From: Spirochaetia bacterium
GTDB lineage: Bacteria > Spirochaetota > Spirochaetia > DSM-27196 > Salinispiraceae
Assembly (NCBI GenBank): GCA_038204425.1
Contig: JBBRCZ010000014.1
Span: forward strand, 1-64,000
Direction: 5' to 3'
DNA length: 64,000 nucleotides
The translations under genes were made by a program, and so were the position numbers. This document shows positions 9,847 to 19,772 of this stretch, in pieces (the stretch's first letter is position 1; the number at the start of each line of letters is the position of its first letter). The notes below the pieces were generated by a model. It had not been told where the DNA came from. It saw only the letters and a list, made by a program, of their open reading frames with translations, and searched no databases.

Positions 9847-10548
9847 TCAGTCTGCGCTATACAGTCGCTGCGAGCCTTGGGAATTTTCTACCAACAAACT
9901 GCCGTCGTCGGCCAGTCCTTTGATGGTACCTTCTATTTCTCGTAGACCTTGGTTAAAGACAGTATTTTGACCCAGTTTCCACAGTCTAAGGCTTGCCTCG
10001 TCTTTGGCACGTTCGCTTGGCCAGTTCCAAGTTTTGTGTAGGTTGTACAGCAGGGAAGGGATGAGTTCTCGCGGTTCCAGAACCAGCGATTCTAGCAACA
10101 AAGAAGTAGGTTGGCGCCTAAAGGGGCCGGGGCCAAAATCCTCTTGGCGCACATTGATGCCGATGCCGCACAAGTGCAGTGGCCCACAGTTTTCCACCAA
10201 GATGCCAGCTACTTTTTTGTCACTTATGAGTACATCGTTTGGCCACTTGAGTTTACAGCGAAGTCCAAGGCCCTCAATAAGCAGGCAGACGGCCAGAGCA
10301 GCTCGAATAGAAGCCGCAAATCCAAGTGCCGGTTTGAGTACCAAGGTGCCGGTCAGCGCCGTGTCAGCAGGAGCTTGCCAAACTCTGTCGTAAAAGCGCC
10401 CGCGACCCTGGCTTTGCCAGCCAGCGAACACAGCGCAGCCGATCTTGCCTTGCAAGGCCTTTTCGCGAGCGCGGTTCATGGTGCTGTCAGTTGCCGCCAA
10501 GTACCAGACAGGTCCACCCAATGGGCTATTGATTCCAAGTTCGAGCAT
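9847..10548 (-). CDS. birA: Biotin--protein ligase without HTH
   Basis: TDSTM, QSQGRGR, KWPND, KVAGILVE. Confidence 0.9.
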   Translation of the reverse strand: MLELGINSPLGGPVWYLAATDSTMNRAREKALQGKIGCAVFAGWQSQGRGRFYDRVWQAPADTALTGTLVLKPALGFAASIRAALAVCLLIEGLGLRCKLKWPNDVLISDKKVAGILVENCGPLHLCGIGINVRQEDFGPGPFRRQPTSLLLESLVLEPRELIPSLLYNLHKTWNWPSERAKDEASLRLWKLGQNTVFNQGLREIEGTIKGLADDGSLLVENSQGSQRLYSAD

Positions 10549-10653
10549 GTGTGTTGATAATAGGCCACAAAAGCGACTAGCTTCCAGCCATGCACACTAA
10601 GTACTTGGATTTAGTGCTTCCTGAATAGTCCGGATTGCTCTACAATACGCACC

Positions 10654-11397
10654 ATGAGTCAGACCCTGCCACAAAAAATAAGTCCGTCACCGTTGATAGA
10701 GGCAATTTTTGAACTGAGATTTACCACCAAGCTACCACAAGATGCCTTGCCCGGTATGCTGTTTGCTGCCCTAAGATCCCACTATGGACAAATGATGGCC
10801 TTGCCGATTGCTCAACTACCAGAGGCGGTGCGCAGCGCCGATCCCAATCTGCAGTTTCAGCCAAGCCATCAGATGATAGCTGGCCACCACCTCTTAAAGA
10901 TAGGTGCTCGGGTGCTAACCTTTGCTTCTTTGCGACACTATGACGGTTGGGCTCAATGGCTGTCACACATAGAAGACGTTTTGACCTTGGTTGACAAGGC
11001 AGGAATCTTAGACCAAGTCGACCGCGTTGGGCTTCGTTACGTCAACTTTTTTCCGCAACCGGTTTTGGATCAGCTCAATTTTGAAGTGCAACTAATGGGA
11101 CAGTCCTTGCACGGCTATCGGTCTAACTGCCGATTTGAAATTCCTGACTCAGGTTTGCTCAAGATTCTTCAGATTAGCAACGACATCACCGTACAGATAG
11201 ACCAAAAGCCAGTCCAAGGCTCCATGATAGATATTGATTGCATCCAAGCAGTGCAAGTAAGCGCCGCCGATTTTTTTGACCAATGCGCTCACTTGGCCAC
11301 AACGTTGCATGACAAGGTTAAACAACTCTTTTTTAGCATCCTCAAAGAGGACTTTCTAAAAAGTCTGCACCCAGACTACCCGCCGCAGCAACAATAA
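10654..11397 (+). CDS. TIGR04255-like protein
   Basis: PLIEAIFELRF N-terminus, YDGW, RVGLRYVNF, IDID. Confidence 0.8.
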   Translation: MSQTLPQKISPSPLIEAIFELRFTTKLPQDALPGMLFAALRSHYGQMMALPIAQLPEAVRSADPNLQFQPSHQMIAGHHLLKIGARVLTFASLRHYDGWAQWLSHIEDVLTLVDKAGILDQVDRVGLRYVNFFPQPVLDQLNFEVQLMGQSLHGYRSNCRFEIPDSGLLKILQISNDITVQIDQKPVQGSMIDIDCIQAVQVSAADFFDQCAHLATTLHDKVKQLFFSILKEDFLKSLHPDYPPQQQ

Positions 11398-11413
11398 GCT
11401 GCAACAATAAGTT

Positions 11414-12115
11414 CTAGCCCTTTTCTAGTGGCTTTCTCTTGAGCTTTTGCCAGAGGCGATTGAACAAGCGTGCTTTTTCAAAACGAGATTCGCTTCCGTG
11501 GACTAGCCGGACAATATTCTTTCTATGCAAAACAAAGACCGCTAGCGTGAGTACCAGACACAAGACAAAGGCAGCAAGGTCAGCCGAGTCGCTTGGAAAA
11601 CTTGCCAAACTGCCTGTGCGGCCAATAAGCAGGTAAGATGGACTCATGATCAGACTGGCAACCAGTGAGGCCAGCGAGACATAGCCGCTAGCAATCAGAA
11701 CCAGTACAAAGATGGCAATTGCAAGGCCCACTGGCAGTGGAAACAGGACTAGACAAACCCCAGTCGCACTGGCAACGCCTTTGCCACCTTTAAATCCTGC
11801 AAATATTGGCCACAAGTGCCCCGCAATCGCTGCAAGTCCGCTGGCTGCTGCCAGGTAAAACCAGTCAAGTTGGCCGGGGTAGAGGCATGCGAGCGTGCGG
11901 GCCACAAGTACCGGCACTAGGGCTTTGCTAATGTCCAAAAATAGCACCAGCATACCGTATTTAAAGCCCAATACTCTAATAACATTGGTGGTACCCATAT
12001 TGCCCGAACCGTGTTGCCGAACGTCCACTTTTTTAAACAATCGGCCGATCACCAAGGCCGAAGGAAATGACCCAGATAAGTAGGACACAATAATTATCAC
12101 CCAAAATAGAAGCAT
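11414..12115 (-). CDS. plsY: Glycerol-3-phosphate acyltransferase PlsY
   Basis: GSGNMGTTN, GHLWPIF..FKGGKGVA, HRKNI.RL. Confidence 0.93.
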   Translation of the reverse strand: MLLFWVIIIVSYLSGSFPSALVIGRLFKKVDVRQHGSGNMGTTNVIRVLGFKYGMLVLFLDISKALVPVLVARTLACLYPGQLDWFYLAAASGLAAIAGHLWPIFAGFKGGKGVASATGVCLVLFPLPVGLAIAIFVLVLIASGYVSLASLVASLIMSPSYLLIGRTGSLASFPSDSADLAAFVLCLVLTLAVFVLHRKNIVRLVHGSESRFEKARLFNRLWQKLKRKPLEKG

Positions 12116-12173
12116 AGTGCTATACTAACGCCCATAACTAATGGCAACAAGCCATTTATTGGAGAAATTTGTG

Positions 12174-13994
12174 ATGCAAGAACTTAGTGGCAAACAACTA
12201 TTTCACGCGTTTCGAGCTGGCAGCTCAGCGCTTATACAACAACGTGACCTACTAAATAAAATGAATGTCTTTCCTGTAGCTGATGGTGACACCGGCAGCA
12301 ACATGTCTGGTACTGTTTTAAATGCACTTGAGAATGCAAGTCCACAAGAATCCTTTGGCAACACACTGCGTTCAATAGCTGATGGTGTTTTGCAGGCTGC
12401 ACGAGGTAACTCAGGCTTGCTTTTTGCCCAGTTTATCAACGGTTGGTCTGACGCGGTAGGTGAGCTCAAGGCCTTAGATAAAGACCACTTGGTTAGGTCT
12501 ACCAAACTGGCGGTAGCCAGTGCCTATGCCTCAATGAACGAGCCAGTCGAAGGAACCATGCTAACCGTAATGCGAGAGTGGTCAGAAAAGCTTGAGTCAG
12601 AAAACCACTTGCACCAAGGCGTAAGCGACCTCTTGCTCGCTACCTTGCAGTCTGCTCACCAAAGCCTAGTCCGCACCAAAGAAAAGTTGGCGGTCCTCAA
12701 AAAAGCCAATCTGGTTGACGCGGGCGCCAAAGGCTTTGTTGAGTTTTTGGATGGCTTTGTGATGGCTATAAAACGGATGGTGCAGCATCCGCACGAGGCA
12801 ATGGAAGATCGGGCCCCTGAAGTGGAGCTTGAGCATGCCAATGAGTTTGATCACCAAGTTCACCCTCAAGTCTCAAGCCTCGACGATATACCGCATCGTT
12901 TTTGCACAGAATGTATGGTCAAGGGTGCAGAATTGGATCTGTCTAAACTACGCCAAGACTTGCAAGAATTTGGCGACAGTTTAATAGTAGCGGGTGGAAA
13001 GTCGCTAGTTAGGGTACACATTCACACCAACCAAGCCGCCAAGACTTTTGCCTACCTAAGCAAACATGGACTGGTTTCTGGTCAAAAAGTGGACGACATG
13101 CACGTTCAGTATAAGGTTGCCAATCAAAAGCACAAAACAATCGGTATCCTGACGGACTCCACCTGTGACATCCCTGACGCACTCTTGCTCAAGCATACTA
13201 TTACTATGGTGCCGCTGACCGTAAACTTTGGCGACCAAGCATTTTTGGACAGACTAAGTCTTGATGCCGACTACTTTTTTGCAGAACTGGCGCACAATAA
13301 ACATTTTCCGCAGACCAGCATGCCCAGTCCAGCTATGTTTGAAAAAAGCTATCAGTTTTTGTTTACCCACTACCAGCAGGTGCTTGCTGTCCACATATCC
13401 GCTAAGTTGAGCGGCACATGGCAAGCAAGCAAAACTGCAGCCAATAGACTCAGCAGTCAGCGCGTAGTTGTGGTAAACTCACGTTCGGCCTCGGCGGCCA
13501 TGGGGCTTTGTATCCTACGGGCAGCCCAAGCAATAGAAGATGGCCAGAGTTTTGAAGCCGTCCAAGCTAGACTCAATCTCGACATAGATCGGGTTAGTTT
13601 TTTTGTAATAGTACCAACTTTGGACAATTTTGTTCGTGGCGGAAGACTCAGCAAGTCCAAGGCACTGATTGCTGGCTTGTTAAAACTAAAACCAATAATT
13701 AGTACAGACAAACATGGCGCGGCTATCGTAATAGGCAAGGGTTTTGGCCAACAAGGTGCACTGGCAAAGATAAAGAAGATCATTGCCAAGCAACGTGCAC
13801 CGGGTCAAGCAGCACCGAGCGGGATCTACTCGTGGGCGCTGGTACATGGCAACTGTGCTGACAAAGCTCATGCCATAGCCTTAGAGATAGAGACATTGAT
13901 TGGCAAAAAGCCAGTCTTTATAGACCAAATATCACCTGTTTTGGGCGCCCATGCCGGACCCGGAGCCATAAATATTGCCCTATTGCCGCAGTAA
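12174..13994 (+). CDS. DAK2 (FakA-like) - DegV (FakB-like) fusion
   Basis: NVFPVADGDTGSN, ARGNSG, PVEGTMLTV, VDAGA; then TDSTCD, PQTSMPS, SAKLSGT, LGAHAGPG; SD GGAG at 12161. Confidence 0.88.
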   Translation: MQELSGKQLFHAFRAGSSALIQQRDLLNKMNVFPVADGDTGSNMSGTVLNALENASPQESFGNTLRSIADGVLQAARGNSGLLFAQFINGWSDAVGELKALDKDHLVRSTKLAVASAYASMNEPVEGTMLTVMREWSEKLESENHLHQGVSDLLLATLQSAHQSLVRTKEKLAVLKKANLVDAGAKGFVEFLDGFVMAIKRMVQHPHEAMEDRAPEVELEHANEFDHQVHPQVSSLDDIPHRFCTECMVKGAELDLSKLRQDLQEFGDSLIVAGGKSLVRVHIHTNQAAKTFAYLSKHGLVSGQKVDDMHVQYKVANQKHKTIGILTDSTCDIPDALLLKHTITMVPLTVNFGDQAFLDRLSLDADYFFAELAHNKHFPQTSMPSPAMFEKSYQFLFTHYQQVLAVHISAKLSGTWQASKTAANRLSSQRVVVVNSRSASAAMGLCILRAAQAIEDGQSFEAVQARLNLDIDRVSFFVIVPTLDNFVRGGRLSKSKALIAGLLKLKPIISTDKHGAAIVIGKGFGQQGALAKIKKIIAKQRAPGQAAPSGIYSWALVHGNCADKAHAIALEIETLIGKKPVFIDQISPVLGAHAGPGAINIALLPQ

Positions 13995-14042
13995 GCAGGG
14001 CATTAGGCAGGATTTTTTTGAGCAAACTGCTATAGTTTGCCT

Positions 14043-14249
14043 ATGAAGAAAGCATCTCCCTCCAATAAGGTCCCCGGTGGTTCAGTAAATCCAGCTAGTC
14101 GAGCCCGCGGCAAAAACCGCCAAAACGCACCTGCCGCTGCTGTCAAAAAGGCAGAAGCGGAGGCTCGTGAGGCCCGCAAGCGTCGCGAGCAAGCCGCCCG
14201 CGAACAAGAAAAACAGCGCAAAGAAGACGGGGCACGAGAGAAAAAATAA
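14043..14249 (+). CDS. Small, highly charged hypothetical protein
   Basis: 68 codons, K/R/E-rich helical tail; TGCTATAGT 6 nt before ATG; downstream hairpin. Confidence 0.55.
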   Translation: MKKASPSNKVPGGSVNPASRARGKNRQNAPAAAVKKAEAEAREARKRREQAAREQEKQRKEDGAREKK

Positions 14250-14283
14250 GCAAAGATTGCGTGCATGTGCATGGACAAGCCAT

Positions 14284-14316
14284 GAGAGGCTGATTTGTTG
14301 AGCAAATCAGCCTCTC
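14284..14316. terminator. Hairpin between convergent genes, probable terminator
   Basis: 14-bp perfect IR GAGAGGCTGATTTG/CAAATCAGCCTCTC; no clear U-tract. Confidence 0.55.
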
Positions 14317-14324
14317 GGTCGGCT

Positions 14325-16955
14325 TTAATAGGCAAACCGTAGCATTGTTGCACGACTAAGCACCATAAAAAAAATATAGTGGTCTGGCACTGGCCCAGTA
14401 GTGATTGAGAGTGCGGAGGGGTAGCTGACCGTACCATTGTAATACTGAAGTCCCCCTACCATAAGGGTGTTGTTAGAGCTCACTTCTACCGAGCCAAACT
14501 CGGTTGGTGTATTTGAGCTAGAGGCAATACGGGCCCAGACTGCAACATTGGATATATTGTATCTGACCACAATGCCATTGTTGCCAGTGTTTGCGCCTGG
14601 AGTCGCGGTAATACTAGTGCGAAAGTTGACCAATCCAGCTCCGGAGACATACCCCACTACAAAGACATCACCAGAGGTTCCGTTGATAATGTTAGTATAG
14701 CGTGAGTTTTTGTTGGCATGGATGGGACTACTTGCAAACAACGCGGTCCCGCTACTATTAAACCTTACTACCAACCCAGTTGAAGTTGAACTACTATTGC
14801 CCAAACTTTCAGTATCGCTGCCCCCCCAATACAAAGGGCCACTGCCTGTGCGGTAACCGACGACATACACATCGCCAGCAATAGACAGCGCCAGAAAATT
14901 TGAATTGTTTGCACTAGCCCCCCCGGTACTTGATCTTGCCCAGAGAGTGCCCAAAGTAGTAGCGTCAAATTTCACAACGATGCCGTTATTATTGGTACCA
15001 ACCCCATCAACATAGACATTGTTGCCCCATAAAATACTACCACCCGGCTGACTACCGGCTGCGTAGAGGTTGCCCGATGCATCACAAGCGAGGTCGTTTA
15101 CCACCGTACCTGTCGAAGTCTTTTTGATGGCGCTAGTAAGTGAGCCTATGTCTGAGTAGGTCAATAAGACTGTGCCGTATCCGTTAATTTGAGTGCCGTT
15201 GTACGTAGAGGTGTTGGCCTGGTTTGCTGCTACATAGATATTACTGCCAAATACGGCAACTGCGGTAATCGAAGTTGGGTTAGCTGAGATGTTGGCATGA
15301 CGCACCCATTGGGCAACGCCGGAGGGGTTTAATTTAAGAAGGAAGCCAGTGCTTGAGGACACACTGGTAAACGAAACCCCATTGCCAAAATCTGCGTTGG
15401 TAGCCGTCGAATTGACGTTGCCAACCATATAAATGTTACCTAAGCCATCGAGAGCTACACGTTTAAAACTAAGCCCATCAATTAATGGCCAAATGTTCCT
15501 AATCAGCGTAGTGCCACCGGGGCTAACCTTGCTAGCACCCCAAGCTGTGAGAAAAACTACATTGCCAGCGGCGTCTTTGGCGCTGTCAACCACCTTTGGC
15601 GAAAAGTCTTCGTTAACCCAATAAAGTTGTTGCCACACCGCATAGAGCGTGGTAGAGGAAGCCGGCACGGTAAAGCTGCTATTGGCAGCGTAGGATGTGC
15701 CTGTACCGGCGGGGGTAGTGTTCCAGCCAACAAACAACCAACCTGCGCGGCTAATTGTTGCAACGGGTATGGTGTAGCTGGTGCCAAAGTCAAGGTTCTG
15801 GGGGCTTGGCACAGCGCCAGTTGTGCCGTCAGTGGTGTTTTTGTTAAAAGTTAGATTGTACTTGTTGGGTGTCCATTTGGCGTAGAGCACACGCGAACCA
15901 CCTATGGCGTCACTAATAAAGTTCCACTTGTCTGTTAGGGCTTCGTCCTTGTACCAGCCCTCAAGACTATTGCCTGTTTTGCTTGGTGGACTTGGTGCTG
16001 ATATAGTGGCACCCCAAACAAGGCCAGTGCTATTTGCAATAGCTGAGCCACCGTTACTATTCCAAGTGACCGTGTAATGGATCACAAAGCTTGCCTCTGA
16101 CGGTGTCAGTGGGCTAGTCCATTGCTCTCGATAGGCTTGGGAGCGAATGGTTAGGTTGCGATCAACCTCAATTGGGTCAGTATATAAGGTGCTGTTGACA
16201 TTAGGATCAGAACCGTTGGTGGTATAACGTAGAGTAACTCCCGAAGTATTGCACAGGATACTCACTAACTGTATGCCTTGGTGGATACCTGCTGAAGGAG
16301 AGAAATACGGTGGAGCAACCGTGCCACGGATACCGTAGATAGCACTGGCAATCGGTGAAGTGGCCCAACCCTCGCGCACTGCAATAGCCTGTAAGGTTAT
16401 GCTAGACAGTACCGGTACTGGATCGGTGTATACGGTGCCATTACCAGCACTTGGAGCTGTATTGTCGGTAGTGTAGTAGATTGTGGCATAAGGGTCACTA
16501 CAGCTTATGGTTGCCACCCGGGTAGATGAATAGTCATAATCGCCGGTGCTTAAGCCAAAACTTGGTGCGCTTACTATGCCGGTAATGGTGTAGTTGGCGC
16601 TAACTATATCTGATTCTTTAAGCCCCGTTTTGAATGCCCGCGCCTTGAGAAGCAAGGAGCTTGCAACCACAATCGGTACTCCCTGGTAAACGGAACCATA
16701 GCCGGCTCGCGGCTCGGTGCCGTCAATAGTGTAGCGGATTTCAGCATTAGCTAGTGATGACGAAATTGATACGTTTTGGCTCGTGATGTAGCTACCGTTA
16801 GCCACGCTAATTACTGGGTTGGGCACCACTCCTCGGGCGCCCGACTGGGTTAGCACTGTTTCAATAGCGTCGCCGCACGAAACAAAAAATAAGCAGGTCA
16901 GCGCCGTCAAACTCAGAAAAATTGCCCGACTAAAAAAACTAAGTGCAGATTTCAT
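14325..16955 (-). CDS. Large surface lipoprotein: three chitobiase/FN3-associated repeats, two InlB B-repeats, C-terminal beta-propeller-like region
   Basis: SD AAGGAG before ATG 16955; lipobox FFVSC; three I.YT.DG..P repeats; WNSNGGS..GWY..LYAKW; DxxGNxY repeats. Confidence 0.85.
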   Translation of the reverse strand: MKSALSFFSRAIFLSLTALTCLFFVSCGDAIETVLTQSGARGVVPNPVISVANGSYITSQNVSISSSLANAEIRYTIDGTEPRAGYGSVYQGVPIVVASSLLLKARAFKTGLKESDIVSANYTITGIVSAPSFGLSTGDYDYSSTRVATISCSDPYATIYYTTDNTAPSAGNGTVYTDPVPVLSSITLQAIAVREGWATSPIASAIYGIRGTVAPPYFSPSAGIHQGIQLVSILCNTSGVTLRYTTNGSDPNVNSTLYTDPIEVDRNLTIRSQAYREQWTSPLTPSEASFVIHYTVTWNSNGGSAIANSTGLVWGATISAPSPPSKTGNSLEGWYKDEALTDKWNFISDAIGGSRVLYAKWTPNKYNLTFNKNTTDGTTGAVPSPQNLDFGTSYTIPVATISRAGWLFVGWNTTPAGTGTSYAANSSFTVPASSTTLYAVWQQLYWVNEDFSPKVVDSAKDAAGNVVFLTAWGASKVSPGGTTLIRNIWPLIDGLSFKRVALDGLGNIYMVGNVNSTATNADFGNGVSFTSVSSSTGFLLKLNPSGVAQWVRHANISANPTSITAVAVFGSNIYVAANQANTSTYNGTQINGYGTVLLTYSDIGSLTSAIKKTSTGTVVNDLACDASGNLYAAGSQPGGSILWGNNVYVDGVGTNNNGIVVKFDATTLGTLWARSSTGGASANNSNFLALSIAGDVYVVGYRTGSGPLYWGGSDTESLGNSSSTSTGLVVRFNSSGTALFASSPIHANKNSRYTNIINGTSGDVFVVGYVSGAGLVNFRTSITATPGANTGNNGIVVRYNISNVAVWARIASSSNTPTEFGSVEVSSNNTLMVGGLQYYNGTVSYPSALSITTGPVPDHYIFFMVLSRATMLRFAY

Positions 16956-16971
16956 GTGATGATGCTCCTTA

Positions 16972-18060
16972 TCACTTTTCTTCAAGGGTGAGTACTACTT
17001 CCAGACGTCTATTCTTACGACGGCCTTCTTCGCTAGTATTATCAGCTAAAGGGTTTGCCTTACCCATACCAGTGGCCGGAATGGCTTGCCATTGAGGAGC
17101 AAGGTTGCGAACCAAAAAAGCTCGCACTTGTTCAGCCCTTGCCTGCGACAGAACTATATCATTGCGCGTCTCGCCGTCATCGGCCACATAGCCCAAGACT
17201 TCAATTGACTTTATGCCAGGTACCGCCAATAGGTAGTTGACTACTGCTGGGAGCTGCATTTCCATACGCGACTTAAACTGTGGCTCGTTGGCTACAAAAC
17301 TGTCTTGCAAAATAACGCGCGTGAGGTTGCGGTTGCGAATCACATTGATGTTGTCAAATCTCATGAGTTGTTCAAATGCCAAATCCTGCGGACTTCTGTC
17401 GAGCCGTTGGATAATGGTTGTTTCTTTTTCCAAACGCTCGGTTGTTTGATTTTGCACCACTATAGCTGGGGCTGCTTCTTTTTCTTCAAACGCCCTAAAC
17501 CCCATACCCAATCCAATTACAAAGCTATGATAGGCCTTGGTCTGTTCGGCCATCACGCGCCAATTAAGGTCGAGCACCAGATCAACGCCTGTTTCTTTGT
17601 CCAAGGACAAACGCGTGCGTAGTCCAGAAAGAATGAGAAAATCGAGTGTGGAAACGGAAGATCCCTCCTCCGCACCATCCGACGGAGCGACAGCAGCGTT
17701 AACTAACGTGCCGCCCAAAGCCGCATGGGGGCTGAGTATAAGCTCGGGGACTAGCGCTATTTTCCAATTTACGCCCAGAGCAATATCAAGATTGGTAAAG
17801 TGTTGAAGTTCGGCCACAGCGGGGGACCAAGCATTAAAGCCCAAGGAAAACTCAAGACCAAGGCCACTCTTGCCAATTCCGGCCAGCTCAGCACTTAGGC
17901 TTGCAGCAAACCCCACGGGACTTATTTTGACCAGCTCCGCATCAGGAATTACCACTTGCACCGAAGGGTTGAGCCAGAGTTCGACTGCAAACATGGTAGG
18001 TGTAGTAAAAAGGGCACTGGCGAGCAATACAAAGAAAAAGCGGCATCGACACATCATCAA
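16972..18060 (-). CDS. OmpA-family protein (N-terminal beta-barrel-like, C-terminal OmpA-like domain)
   Basis: Signal peptide; amphipathic strands; IEVLGY.ADD..LSQARA..V..GMG..NP..N.SEEGRRKNRRLEV. Confidence 0.85.
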   Translation of the reverse strand: MMMCRCRFFFVLLASALFTTPTMFAVELWLNPSVQVVIPDAELVKISPVGFAASLSAELAGIGKSGLGLEFSLGFNAWSPAVAELQHFTNLDIALGVNWKIALVPELILSPHAALGGTLVNAAVAPSDGAEEGSSVSTLDFLILSGLRTRLSLDKETGVDLVLDLNWRVMAEQTKAYHSFVIGLGMGFRAFEEKEAAPAIVVQNQTTERLEKETTIIQRLDRSPQDLAFEQLMRFDNINVIRNRNLTRVILQDSFVANEPQFKSRMEMQLPAVVNYLLAVPGIKSIEVLGYVADDGETRNDIVLSQARAEQVRAFLVRNLAPQWQAIPATGMGKANPLADNTSEEGRRKNRRLEVVLTLEEK

Positions 18061-18189
18061 AACCTCTCAAAAATAAGCTTTGCACGGTAACGTGCGCAAA
18101 CATTCGTCAAATTGATAGTAAGCATGATGAATTTCGCCAACGGCGATGCGTTAGGCAGAATAGTTCGTTTTTAACAGTACGTCAAGCAA

Positions 18190-19686
18190 CTAGGCCGTCT
18201 CCACTCGGTTTCGACCGCTTTCCTTGGCTTTGTAGAGTGCTTTGTCTGACCTCTGCAGCAAAGTCTCCGGCTTGTCTTTGCTGGTGTAGCAGGCCAGTCC
18301 AATACTTATAGTGACCTTACTTGTTGGTAAAAAATGACTGATTTGGACATTGTAGCGGATTTTTTCGGCCAGTTCTAGGCCGGCTTTCTTGTCACAAAAA
18401 GGCGAAATAACCAAAAACTCCTCGCCACCCAAGCGACCAAAAAAATCAGTTTCTCTAATAGTTTGTTTGGTGCGTTCGGCTAGTTTAACCAAAACTTGAT
18501 CGCCGGCTGCATGTCCTTCGGTATCGTTGATCTGCTTAAAGTGGTCAATATCAATCATCATCACCACAAAGTCGTAGCGGTAACGCTTGCTGCGTCTAAA
18601 TTCGTCGTCCAAGATCTTCTCGAGATGGCGACGGTTGGAAATCCCAGTAAGTGGGTCAGTCAGCGTCAAGTGCTCGAGTTTGGTGTTGAGGCGCTCGAGT
18701 TTTGCAACATTGGAAATCGTACTGGCCACCATGCCAGCAATTGCCAGTGCCACGTTGTTAATCTCGTGTTTGTTGTCGGCAAAACTGTCCCGACAAGCTG
18801 CTTCAAGTTCTTGGTAGCTTTGACCACCTTGAGTAAAACGCTCTACCACGCCAACCAAGCGTCGATAGGGTCTCAAGTGAAACTGCAAGAGTAGCGTCAG
18901 TGCCAGTGGCAGCAGAACAAGTCCAACCAAAGTGATGATCAACATCGAGCCCTGCAAGTTTTGTAAGCGTTGATTGAGTGGATCCGGGGGAACCAATAAT
19001 TCAAACGATGCTGGAAGACTTTGTTCACTCAAAAGATCTTTGTGCAAAGTAGTGAGTACTTGACCCTTGATAGAAACTTGGTGGTGGCTGCTGACCACGC
19101 CACCTTTTTTGTCACGGTAGGTGACCACAATGCTGGTATCGGCCACGAGTTCGTCAAAGATCTCACTGGTGATGGGAAGTGCGATGACCGCTATGCCAAT
19201 TACTGCGCCCCGCTGGTCTTTTATGAGCGATGTTTTGACAAAGCTCAAAACACTATCAACGTAACTTATACCTTTAAAACTTCCTTCTCTAAAACTTTGC
19301 AATACAAAACTCTGGTCCAACAAGACATCACCGACAAGAAACTCTTCTCGAGACCGTGCCAAAACGACAGCCTTATTGTCGGCTATCAGCACCATCATGC
19401 GCTTTTTGTTAGAAAATATGGTAGCCCAGTCGTAAAGCTCGGCTAGGTTGCGTTTTTGGATTGCTACACCGACTGGCCTCAGTTCGCGCATCAGTTCCGA
19501 GCGCTCATCGAGGTCCCGCAACAGCTCTTTAAATCGTGCTTCAAAAAGTTGCACCTTGAGTTCGGAGTCATGTTCTCTGCTTTGATCGGCAGTGCCAATC
19601 AGCTGGTCGATTTGCACAAGGATAAGAACAAACGACAAAAGTAACGGCACCAAAGAGGTGATAAGTATTTTGGGTAGTAGTTTCAT
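18190..19686 (-). CDS. Membrane-bound diguanylate cyclase
   Basis: Two TM segments, DPLTG.SNRR, DIDHFK.IND..GH..GD, RLGGEEF with an RETD I-site. Confidence 0.92.
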   Translation of the reverse strand: MKLLPKILITSLVPLLLSFVLILVQIDQLIGTADQSREHDSELKVQLFEARFKELLRDLDERSELMRELRPVGVAIQKRNLAELYDWATIFSNKKRMMVLIADNKAVVLARSREEFLVGDVLLDQSFVLQSFREGSFKGISYVDSVLSFVKTSLIKDQRGAVIGIAVIALPITSEIFDELVADTSIVVTYRDKKGGVVSSHHQVSIKGQVLTTLHKDLLSEQSLPASFELLVPPDPLNQRLQNLQGSMLIITLVGLVLLPLALTLLLQFHLRPYRRLVGVVERFTQGGQSYQELEAACRDSFADNKHEINNVALAIAGMVASTISNVAKLERLNTKLEHLTLTDPLTGISNRRHLEKILDDEFRRSKRYRYDFVVMMIDIDHFKQINDTEGHAAGDQVLVKLAERTKQTIRETDFFGRLGGEEFLVISPFCDKKAGLELAEKIRYNVQISHFLPTSKVTISIGLACYTSKDKPETLLQRSDKALYKAKESGRNRVETA

Positions 19687-19772
19687 AAGTGATCAGCCAT
19701 CTACTTTAATTTAAGCATACAGCCTCAAAAAACCAACCACAACTGCCATCTAAATTAAGTATTTTTTGCAGA

